Part shown: positions 41,053 through 48,295 of the stretch, one piece after another
How positions within the stretch are numbered: the stretch's first letter is position 1
How the letters are laid out: every line of letters starts with the position of its first letter
From: Halomonas sp.
GTDB taxonomy: Bacteria > Pseudomonadota > Gammaproteobacteria > Pseudomonadales > Halomonadaceae
Assembly: GCF_031581305.1 (NCBI RefSeq)
Contig: NZ_JAVLBC010000002.1
Location: 1 to 48,295, forward strand
Direction: 5' to 3'
DNA length: 48,295 bases
Position numbers and translations under genes: made by a program
Notes under the pieces: model-generated
What the model saw: only the letters and a program-made list of their open reading frames with translations
What the model was told of the DNA's origin: nothing
Databases searched by the model: none

Positions 41053-41675
41053 GCATGCAGTGGTCCGCTTTTGACGATCCCGTCCACGACAGCCAGCGCG
41101 CCTATCGCCAACTGCTGTCGACCATGGCGGAGCCCGGCACCGTTGAAGACATGCTGGAGACCCCGCACAGGCCTGAGGAAGCCGCCATCGGCGCAGCCTG
41201 CTGGGCGACACTGCTGACGCTGTGCGATCTCGACACACGGGTGTGGCTGACCCCCGAATTGGCCGCCGGTGGCTTGGGCGAGGGATTGAGGTTCCATACC
41301 GGCAGCCGCCTGACCGACAAGGCCGTTGAGGCGGACTTCGCGCTCGTGACCCCGGCCACCCTGGCCGATCCCACTCGAGTATTCAACGAAGGCAGCGATA
41401 TCTACCCCGACCGCAGCACTACGCTGCTGGTGGTGCTTGAGCAGCTGGATACCGAGGGTCCCTGGCGGCTTCAGGGGCCAGGTATCCCCGGATTCCGGCG
41501 CCTCGGCATAGGGGAGGACGATGCCCTCATGCACCGCCTGGCGGCCAATCAGTCCCGCTTCCCGCGTGGGCTGGACGCCATCCTGACCTGCGGGGCCCGA
41601 CTGGCAGCAGTGCCGCGCAGCACCCGCATCACATCTTCCCGGGTAGAGGAGGCTGACCCATGTACGTCGCAGTGA
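41049..41675 (+). CDS. phnH: C-P lyase subunit PhnH
   Basis: FDDPVHDSQ..MAEPG, LRFHTG, YPDRSTT, GPGI, FPRGLD and PRST. Confidence 0.94.
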   Translation: MSMQWSAFDDPVHDSQRAYRQLLSTMAEPGTVEDMLETPHRPEEAAIGAACWATLLTLCDLDTRVWLTPELAAGGLGEGLRFHTGSRLTDKAVEADFALVTPATLADPTRVFNEGSDIYPDRSTTLLVVLEQLDTEGPWRLQGPGIPGFRRLGIGEDDALMHRLAANQSRFPRGLDAILTCGARLAAVPRSTRITSSRVEEADPCTSQ

Positions 41676-42775
41676 AGGGCGGAGAGCAAGCCATTGCCAA
41701 TGCGCACCGATGGTTGGCCGACCGCCGGCGAGGCAGTCGCGAATCCCCCGAACTGGAGGTAGCTCAGGTGGAAGGGCAGCTGCGCCTGGCCGTGGCGCGG
41801 GTGATGGCCGAAGCCTCGTTGTATGACCCGGAGCTCGCTGCTCTGGCCATCAAGCAGGCCAGCGGTGACATGGTCGAGGCGGTATTTCTGCTGCGCGCCT
41901 ATCGCACCACACTGCCGCGGCTGGCTGAAACGGTGCCTCTGGACACCGCGGCGATGCACATCGAGCGACGCATCAGCGCCACCTACAAGGACATCCCTGG
42001 CGGCCAGGTACTGGGCCCGACCTACGACTACACCCACCGCCTGCTGGACTTCCTCCAACTCGCCAAGGGAGATACCCCGACGCCGGTCGAGACCGAGGAG
42101 GCCCTGGCGGCCTGTCCGCAGATCCTGGAACTGCTCGATGACGAGGGGTTGCTCGAGCGCGAGGCAGACGACGGCAGCGAGCCCTATGACATTACCCGTG
42201 ACCCCCCCGACTTCCCGGTAGATCGTGCCACCAGGCTGCAGATGCTGGCACGCGGCGATGAGGGTTACCTGCTGGCCCTTGGCTATTCCACCCAGCGCGG
42301 CTATGGGCGCAACCACCCCTTCGCCGGGGAGATTCGCCTGGGTCGTGTGGCGGTCGAGATCGAGGTGGAGGAGTGCGAGATGCCCATGTGCATTGGCGAG
42401 ATCGAGATCAGCGAGTGCCAGATGATCAATCAGTTCGGCGGCTCGCGTGAAGTGGCACCGCAGTTTACCCGCGGCTACGGGCTGGCCTTTGGCCACAACG
42501 AGCGCAAGACCATGGCCATGGCGCTGGTCGATCGCGCCCTGCGCGCCGAGGAACTGGGTGAGACCCCAACGGGCCCTGCCCAGCAGGCGGAATTCGTGTT
42601 GGCCCACGCCGATAGTGTCGAATCGGCGGGCTTCGTCTCACATCTCAAGCTGCCGCACTACGTGGACTTCCAGTCGGAGCTGGAGTTGCTGCGGCGCCTG
42701 CGCCGCGAGCATGCCGCCCGCCGGCTACAGCCTGACGAGGAACCCACTACCGCGCCGGAGGAGCAGCAGGCATGA
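41660..42775 (+). CDS. phnI: C-P lyase subunit PhnI
   Basis: MYVAVKGGEQAI, RRISATYKD, YSTQRGYGRNHPF and HLKLPHYVDFQSEL. Confidence 0.97.
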   Translation: MYVAVKGGEQAIANAHRWLADRRRGSRESPELEVAQVEGQLRLAVARVMAEASLYDPELAALAIKQASGDMVEAVFLLRAYRTTLPRLAETVPLDTAAMHIERRISATYKDIPGGQVLGPTYDYTHRLLDFLQLAKGDTPTPVETEEALAACPQILELLDDEGLLEREADDGSEPYDITRDPPDFPVDRATRLQMLARGDEGYLLALGYSTQRGYGRNHPFAGEIRLGRVAVEIEVEECEMPMCIGEIEISECQMINQFGGSREVAPQFTRGYGLAFGHNERKTMAMALVDRALRAEELGETPTGPAQQAEFVLAHADSVESAGFVSHLKLPHYVDFQSELELLRRLRREHAARRLQPDEEPTTAPEEQQA

Positions 42776-43626
42776 ACGACTATTCTGATGCCGCGACCGG
42801 TTACAACTTCGCCTACCTCGACGAACAGACCAAGCGCATGATCCGCCGCGGCCTGCTCAAGGCAGTGGCCATTCCCGGCTATCAGGTGCCCTTCGGCGGG
42901 CGCGAGATGCCGATGCCTTACGGCTGGGGTACCGGTGGCATGCAGCTGACGGCCAGCATGCTGGGTCAGGACGATGTGCTCAAGGTGATCGACCAGGGCG
43001 CCGACGATACCACCAATGCGGTGAGCATCCGCGCCTTCTTCGAGCGGGTGGCAGGGGTGACGACCACCTCGGCGACGGCCGAGGCCGATGTGATCCAGAC
43101 TCGCCACCGCATTCCGGAACGGCCTCTCCGACAGGGCCAGATCCTGATCTTCCAGGTGCCGATTCCCGAGCCGTTGCGCTTCATCGAGCCCAGCGAAGAG
43201 GAGACGCGGCTGATGCATGCCCTGGAGGAGTATGGGGTCATGCACGTCAAGCTCTACGAGGACATCGCGCGTCATGGGCATATCGCCACGACCTATGCCT
43301 ATCCCGTGAAGGTGGACGGGCGTTATGTCACCGACCCCTCGCCGATTCCCAAGTTTGATAACCCCAAGCTGCACATGGCCGAGGCCCTGATGCTGTTCGG
43401 TGCCGGACGCGAGAAGCGGCTCTACGCCATTCCGCCCTATACGTGGGTGGAGAGCCTGGATTTCGAGGACCATCCGTTCGAAGTGCAGCAGTGGGAGGAA
43501 CCCTGCGCCATCTGCGGGGCTCGCGACACCTTCCTCGACGAGGTGATTACCGACGACCGGGGCGGGCGGATGTTCGTCTGCTCGGATACCGACTACTGCC
43601 AGTCACGTCGTGAGGAGGTGGCATGA
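42772..43626 (+). CDS. phnJ: Radical-SAM C-P bond cleavage enzyme PhnJ
   Basis: YNFAYLDEQTKR, GYQVPFGGREMP (glycyl radical region) and CAIC..VCSDTDYC cluster cysteines. Confidence 0.97.
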   Translation: MNDYSDAATGYNFAYLDEQTKRMIRRGLLKAVAIPGYQVPFGGREMPMPYGWGTGGMQLTASMLGQDDVLKVIDQGADDTTNAVSIRAFFERVAGVTTTSATAEADVIQTRHRIPERPLRQGQILIFQVPIPEPLRFIEPSEEETRLMHALEEYGVMHVKLYEDIARHGHIATTYAYPVKVDGRYVTDPSPIPKFDNPKLHMAEALMLFGAGREKRLYAIPPYTWVESLDFEDHPFEVQQWEEPCAICGARDTFLDEVITDDRGGRMFVCSDTDYCQSRREEVA

Positions 43627-44411
43627 AGCGTCCCGATCTGCAACGGCCCGCTCTGCTGGAAGCGCGCGGTGTCTCGCGCCTGTACGGCCCCGGCAAGGGC
43701 TGCGAGGCGATCGATTTCACCCTGCATCGCGGCGAGGTGCTGGGCATCGTCGGTGAGTCCGGTTCCGGCAAGTCGACCCTGCTGCGCGTGCTCTCGGGCC
43801 TGGAGCGCCCGGATACCGGGCAGGTGGCCTACCAGAGCCACGAGGGGGAGCTCGATCTGTATGCCCTTGGCGAAGCGCGTCGACGGGCACTGCTGCGCAT
43901 GGAGTGGGGGCTGGTGCACCAGAATCCGCGTGATGGGCTGCGCCTTGGGGTTTCGGCCGGTGCCAATATTGGTGAGCGCCTGATGGCCCTGGGCGAGCGT
44001 CATTATGGCCAGCTGCGGGCGGCCGGCCAGGACTGGATGGGTCGGGTGGAGCTCGACCCGACGCGCATCGATGACGCGCCGAGGACCTTCTCGGGCGGTA
44101 TGCAGCAGCGCCTGCAGATCGCTCGCACCCTGGTGACCCGGCCGAATCTGGTGTTCATGGACGAGCCGACCGGAGGTCTGGACGTCTCGGTGCAGGCCCG
44201 GTTGCTCGACATGCTGCGCACCCTGGTACGCGAGCTGGGCCTCTCGGTCATTCTAGTGACCCATGACCTGGCGGTCGCCCGACTGCTGGCCCACCGCTTG
44301 ATGGTGATGCGCCGCGGCCAGGTGGTCGAGAGCGGCCTGACCGATCAGATTCTGGACGATCCGCAGCATGCCTATACGCAGCTGTTGGTGTCGTCGGTAC
44401 TCACGCCTTGA
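43623..44411 (+). CDS. phnK: C-P lyase ABC-type ATPase PhnK
   Basis: GESGSGKS, WGLVHQNPRDGL, FSGGMQQRLQIA, MDEPTGGLDVSVQARLLD and DDPQHAYTQLLVSS. Confidence 0.96.
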   Translation: MKRPDLQRPALLEARGVSRLYGPGKGCEAIDFTLHRGEVLGIVGESGSGKSTLLRVLSGLERPDTGQVAYQSHEGELDLYALGEARRRALLRMEWGLVHQNPRDGLRLGVSAGANIGERLMALGERHYGQLRAAGQDWMGRVELDPTRIDDAPRTFSGGMQQRLQIARTLVTRPNLVFMDEPTGGLDVSVQARLLDMLRTLVRELGLSVILVTHDLAVARLLAHRLMVMRRGQVVESGLTDQILDDPQHAYTQLLVSSVLTP

Positions 44412-44424
44412 GGAGCTGTCACCC

Positions 44425-45171
44425 ATGACAACCCTGACGCAACCCTTCCTGACCGTCGACGCCCTGCACAAGTCTTTCGTGCTGCACGGCCAGGGCGGCA
44501 TGACTCTCGAGGTAATGCGTGGCCTTTCGCTCTCCCTGTTACCGGGCGAATGCCTGGTGCTTGCCGGACCCAGTGGTATCGGCAAGAGCACGCTGCTCAA
44601 GATGCTCCACGGCAGCTATCGCGTCACCGGTGGGCGCCTGCGCCTGCATTTCGAGGACGGCGAGCTCGAGCTCGCCGATCTGCCGGCCCACGCCTGGCAC
44701 TCTCTGCGCCGCGACGTGATCGGCTACGTCAGTCAGTTCCTGCGGGTGGTACCTCGCGTGCCAGCGGTAGAAGTGGTGATGGAGCCGCTGCTGGCGTGTG
44801 GTGTCGAGCCTGACGAGGCCCGTGAGCGCGCCGAGACAATGCTGGCTCGGCTCAACCTGCCACCGCGGCTGTGGTCACTGCCGCCGGGCACCTTCTCCGG
44901 CGGTGAGCAGCAGCGCGTGAACATCGCCCGGGGCTTCATCGCCGAGCACCCTCTGCTGCTGCTCGACGAGCCGACCGCCTCGTTGGATGCCGCCAACCGC
45001 GAGGTCGTGGTGGGCTTGATCGAGGAGGCCAAGGCGCGCGGCGCGGCATTGCTTGGCATCTTCCATGATGAGGATGTGCGAGAGCGAGTAGCGGATCGCC
45101 TGTTGCCGCTGGAGGCCCACATGGGAGCCGTGCTGGAAGCGGCCGAGACCCCGTTCGAGGAGGTTCGCTGA
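44425..45171 (+). CDS. phnL: C-P lyase ABC-type ATPase PhnL
   Basis: KSFVLHGQGG, GPSGIGKS, YVSQFLRVVPRV, FSGGEQQRVNIARGF and GIFHD; GAGGAG RBS before ATG 44425. Confidence 0.95.
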   Translation: MTTLTQPFLTVDALHKSFVLHGQGGMTLEVMRGLSLSLLPGECLVLAGPSGIGKSTLLKMLHGSYRVTGGRLRLHFEDGELELADLPAHAWHSLRRDVIGYVSQFLRVVPRVPAVEVVMEPLLACGVEPDEARERAETMLARLNLPPRLWSLPPGTFSGGEQQRVNIARGFIAEHPLLLLDEPTASLDAANREVVVGLIEEAKARGAALLGIFHDEDVRERVADRLLPLEAHMGAVLEAAETPFEEVR

Positions 45172-46319
45172 TGAATGCCGCCGAACAGATTCTCACCAAC
45201 GCGCGTCTGATTCTGGACGATGAGGTGTGCCTGGGCTCGCTGAAGATTCGCGACGGCCGCATCGCCGGCATCGACAATGCGCCGAGTCGGCATCCTGGTG
45301 CCCTGGATTGCCGGGGCGACTACCTGATGCCGGGCATGGTCGAGCTGCACACCGACAATATGGAGAAGTATTTCCAGCCGCGCCCCAAGGTGGCTTGGCC
45401 GGGACGCCCCGCGGCGCTGGCGCATGATGCCCAGATGGCTGCCAGCGGCATCACCACCGTGTTCGATGCGCTCTCGATCGGCGATGTCGACGAACAGAGC
45501 ATGCGCCACGGCGCGCTGCTCGACATGGTCGACTCGCTGCAGGCGATCATGACCGACGACATGGCGCGTATCGATCACCGCCTGCACCTGCGCTGTGAAG
45601 TGTGCCACCCCGAGACGCTCTCTCGCTTCGAGGCACTGGCCGGCTCGCCGCTGCTGGGCCTGGTGTCGTTGATGGACCATGCGCCGGGCCAGCGTCAATT
45701 CGCCAGTCTGGATGCCTACCGCACCTACTACCAGGGGAAATATCGGCTCAGCGACGAGGCACTAGAGGCGTTCATCGAGAAGCAGCTGGCCAACAGCGCT
45801 CTCTACAGCAGTGCACATCGACGCGCCATCGCCGAGGCGTGTCAGGCGCGGGGTCTGGCCCTGGCCAGCCACGATGACGCCACCATCCAGCATGTGGCCG
45901 AGAGCGTCGAGTATGGCACCCGGGTGGCTGAATTCCCCACGACCCGCGAGGCGGCCGAGGCCTCTCACCGCCACGGCCTGGCGGTGATGATGGGCGCGCC
46001 AAACGTCGTGCGTGGCGGCTCGCACTCCGGCAATATCGCGGCGGCAGAGCTGGTGCGGCTGGGTGTGCTCGATGTGCTCTCCTCGGACTACTATCCTGCT
46101 GCACTGCTGGATGCGGTGTTCCGCATTGCCGGCATGGCGGAGGGGTACTCCCTGCCTCAGGCGGTGGCCACGGCCACACGAACACCGGCCGAGGCAGTGG
46201 GGCTCACTGATCGCGGTCGGCTCGCCCCGGGGCTGCGCGCCGATCTGCTGCGGGTGCGGGTGGTCGACGACCATCCGCTGGTGCAGCGGGTATGGTGCGC
46301 TGGCAGGCAGGTGCACTGA
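45171..46319 (+). CDS. phnM: Alpha-D-ribose 1-methylphosphonate 5-triphosphate diphosphatase
   Basis: PGMVELHTDN, HLRCE, MDHAPGQRQF, ASHDD, GAPNVVRGGSHSGN and LSSDY. Confidence 0.96.
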   Translation: MNAAEQILTNARLILDDEVCLGSLKIRDGRIAGIDNAPSRHPGALDCRGDYLMPGMVELHTDNMEKYFQPRPKVAWPGRPAALAHDAQMAASGITTVFDALSIGDVDEQSMRHGALLDMVDSLQAIMTDDMARIDHRLHLRCEVCHPETLSRFEALAGSPLLGLVSLMDHAPGQRQFASLDAYRTYYQGKYRLSDEALEAFIEKQLANSALYSSAHRRAIAEACQARGLALASHDDATIQHVAESVEYGTRVAEFPTTREAAEASHRHGLAVMMGAPNVVRGGSHSGNIAAAELVRLGVLDVLSSDYYPAALLDAVFRIAGMAEGYSLPQAVATATRTPAEAVGLTDRGRLAPGLRADLLRVRVVDDHPLVQRVWCAGRQVH

Positions 46320-46861
46320 TGGGCCGCCTGGTGTATCTGGTGGGCGCCAGTGGGGTGGGCAAGGACACCCTGCTGGAGGCAGTCCGCCGGCGCCATCCCG
46401 AGTGGATGGTCGCCCATCGCTACGTGACCCGTCACAGCGGACCCACCGAGAACAGCGTGGCACTGACCAGCGAGGAGTTTGCCGCCCGTGAGTGCTCGGG
46501 TCTGTTCGCCCTCTCCTGGCAGGCACACGGGTTTCAGTATGGCTTGGGCATCGAGCTGGAGGCCTGGCTGGCTTGCGACAAGGTGGTGCTGGTCAATGGC
46601 AGCCGGCGGGCACTTGGCCAGGCCCAGGCGCGCTTCGGTGAGGCGCTTCTCCCTGTGGTGATCACGGCAGCGGAAGAAGTGCTGCGCGGTCGGTTACGTC
46701 GGCGTGGACGAGAGAGCGAGGCGGAGATCGAGGCCCGGCTGCAGCGTCATCGGGAACTGCGCGATGCCTTGCCGGACGTGGTGCGCATCGATAACGGCGG
46801 GCCTCTGGATGCCAGCCTGGCGGCGATGGACCGACTGCTCGAGACGGAGGTTCCTGCGTGA
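46319..46861 (+). CDS. phnN: Ribose 1,5-bisphosphokinase
   Basis: YLVGASGVGKDT, AHRYVTR, WQAHG..YG, VNGSR and RGRE; TGATG coupling to phnM. Confidence 0.93.
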   Translation: MGRLVYLVGASGVGKDTLLEAVRRRHPEWMVAHRYVTRHSGPTENSVALTSEEFAARECSGLFALSWQAHGFQYGLGIELEAWLACDKVVLVNGSRRALGQAQARFGEALLPVVITAAEEVLRGRLRRRGRESEAEIEARLQRHRELRDALPDVVRIDNGGPLDASLAAMDRLLETEVPA

Positions 46862-47664
46862 AGTTTCGCTTCGTGGGGACAGGCGACAGTGCCCAGGTGC
46901 CCTGTTTTGGCTGTGACTGCGACGCCTGTGCGCGTGCGCGGGTGCTGTCCAGTCATCGCCGGGGGCCGTGCAGCGCCGAGGTTCGTGTCGATGGCCACCG
47001 CTATCTGATCGATGCGGGACGCATGGATCTGGCAGAGAGCTGTGAGCGCGAGCGGCCGTCGGCGATCCTGCTGACCCACTATCACGCCGATCATGTGCAG
47101 GGCCTCCTGCATCTGCGCTGGGGCAGGGGGGAGCCGCTGCCGGTCTATGGCCCCAAGGACCCACAAGGTTTTGCCGACCTCTTCCGCCACCCCGGGGTGC
47201 TGGATTTCAAGGCGGGCCTCAAGCCGTTTCGGCCGCTGCTGCTACCGTCGTTGACGGTGACGCCCGTACCACTCCATCACAGCAAGCCGACCCTGGGCTA
47301 TTGCCTCGATGACGGAGGCGGGCGACTCGCCTACCTGACCGATACCTGCGGCTTGCCGGGGGCGACAGAGCGCTTCCTGCGCGAGTGGCAGCCGGATGTG
47401 GTGGTACTCGACACCGGCCACCCCAGCAGCGTCGTCAACCCGACCAATCATAATTCCCTGCCGATAGCGCTGCAGATTATCGAGCGCGTCGGCGTTTCGG
47501 CGGCGTATCTGACCCATATCGGTCACGATCTGGATCGGGAGCTTGCCGAGTCGCCGAACTCTCTGCCCGCCAATGTGCGGGTACCTAAGGATGGTGAAGA
47601 GGTCTGCGTTGGTCCAATGACACAACCCTCCATGACACACTACAAGATGGGAGACGCAGGATGA
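46858..47664 (+). CDS. phnP: Phosphoribosyl 1,2-cyclic phosphodiesterase (metallo-beta-lactamase fold)
   Basis: GTG..QVPCFGCDCDAC zinc motif, THYHADH, LHHSKPTLGY, YLTDT, NHN and THIGH. Confidence 0.94.
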   Translation: MKFRFVGTGDSAQVPCFGCDCDACARARVLSSHRRGPCSAEVRVDGHRYLIDAGRMDLAESCERERPSAILLTHYHADHVQGLLHLRWGRGEPLPVYGPKDPQGFADLFRHPGVLDFKAGLKPFRPLLLPSLTVTPVPLHHSKPTLGYCLDDGGGRLAYLTDTCGLPGATERFLREWQPDVVVLDTGHPSSVVNPTNHNSLPIALQIIERVGVSAAYLTHIGHDLDRELAESPNSLPANVRVPKDGEEVCVGPMTQPSMTHYKMGDAG

Positions 47665-48295
47665 GTCAACCGAGGATGAATACCCTGGCCATCGAGCCCA
47701 CTGTGCATGAGACTGCTTGTTTGAATGCCACTCGGTTGGGAAACTGGACGGAGATAGGTGAGCGTTGTGTGCTCAACCACGTCGATATAGGAGACTACAG
47801 CTATATCTAGCGTGACGGTGACCTGATGTTTACCAGGGTTGGGCGTTTCACGTCAATCGCCTCCAGCGTGAGGGTCAATCCCAGTAACCATCCCTGGTGG
47901 CGTCCCACGCTACATCACTTTACCTACCGGCCCGGCAAGTTCGGGTTCACATCGGACCAGCAATTCGTGGATGACGAGGTATTCGCGTGGCGCGAGGCCG
48001 ACCGCGTGGTAGTGGGCCATGACGTATGGATCGGTCATGGCGTCATCGTCTTGCCGGGCGTGTGTATCGGCAACGGCGCGATCATCGGCGCGGGGAGTGT
48101 GGTCACGCGAGACGTGCCGGCCTACATGATCGTGGTGGGTAACCCGGCTCGAGTCCTGAGACCGCGCTTCGAGGACCCCGAGATCGCAGAGCGTCTGGAA
48201 GCACTCGCCTGGTGGGACTGGTCTCATGAGCGGCTTCAGCGTCATCTGCATGACTTTCAGGGCAACGCTCGCGCGTTTCTGGAGGCGGTGGAGGA
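47661..48295 (+). pseudogene. Phosphonate-operon hexapeptide-repeat (CatB/Vat-like) acetyltransferase, interrupted by an in-frame TAG and cut by the window end
   Basis: Own translation from ATG 47661 (ATGA overlap with phnP): EPTVHETA..LGNWTEIG..IGDYSYI*RDGD..SIASSVRVNPSNHP..HHFTYR..VGHDVWIGHG..PGVCIGNGAIIGAGSVVTRDV..GNPAR..LAWWDW; stop at 47808-47810. Confidence 0.85.

Larger units (their letters stand above)
32095..48295. mobile_element. Probable tRNA-anchored accessory region / degenerate genomic island; right end not in the window
   Basis: Housekeeping synteny stops at the tRNA 3' end, the next kilobases are visibly richer in A/T and A/T-ending codons, cargo is catabolic and includes two pseudogenes; no integrase or att repeat seen. 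Confidence 0.45.

Noticed and set aside
45992-46001. GGGCGCGCCA matching the tRNA-Arg 3' end as a possible attR
   Set aside because: Only 10 bp, GC-rich, and inside the conserved MGAPN codons of phnM
36560-47810. Two in-frame TAG codons in the accessory region as possible amber recoding or pyrrolysine
   Set aside because: TAG is the real stop of ubiC, the rubredoxin reductase, recG and yicC; no pyl genes or suppressor tRNA are seen; the permease is also truncated, so decay is simpler
47910-48251. 113-aa minus-strand ORF at the window end
   Set aside because: Antisense shadow of the interrupted acetyltransferase on the plus strand

Overview
High-GC gammaproteobacterial chromosome segment; gene content and protein style suggest Halomonas/Halomonadaceae (inference). 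Bases 1-32094 are a housekeeping block in an order much like Pseudomonas: uvrD, orphan TRAP solute-binding gene, yciA, pstSCAB-phoU, cysZ, phoBR, ubiCA, rubredoxin reductase-like gene, HU, recG-oxyR, thpR, ridA, spoT-rpoZ-gmk-yicC, rph, a Crc-like pseudo-exonuclease, pyrE, trmL, rep, di-haem cytochrome c5 and tRNA-Arg(CCG). After the tRNA comes an accessory, partly decaying region: a LysR regulator, beta-hydroxyacid dehydrogenase, aldehyde dehydrogenase, a broken osmoprotectant ABC permease, a complete C-P lyase operon (phnCDEFGHIJKLMNP) and an amber-interrupted hexapeptide acetyltransferase cut by the window end. I found no clearly new protein system. The best signals are regulatory and structural: a TTGTCTAGACAA operator repeated over the phnF start codon next to a terminator-like hairpin on the phnE stop, a Pho-box promoter inside the pst operon, a catalytically dead Crc-like protein with CA motifs nearby, inverted heptamer arrays and a 95-bp palindromic element.
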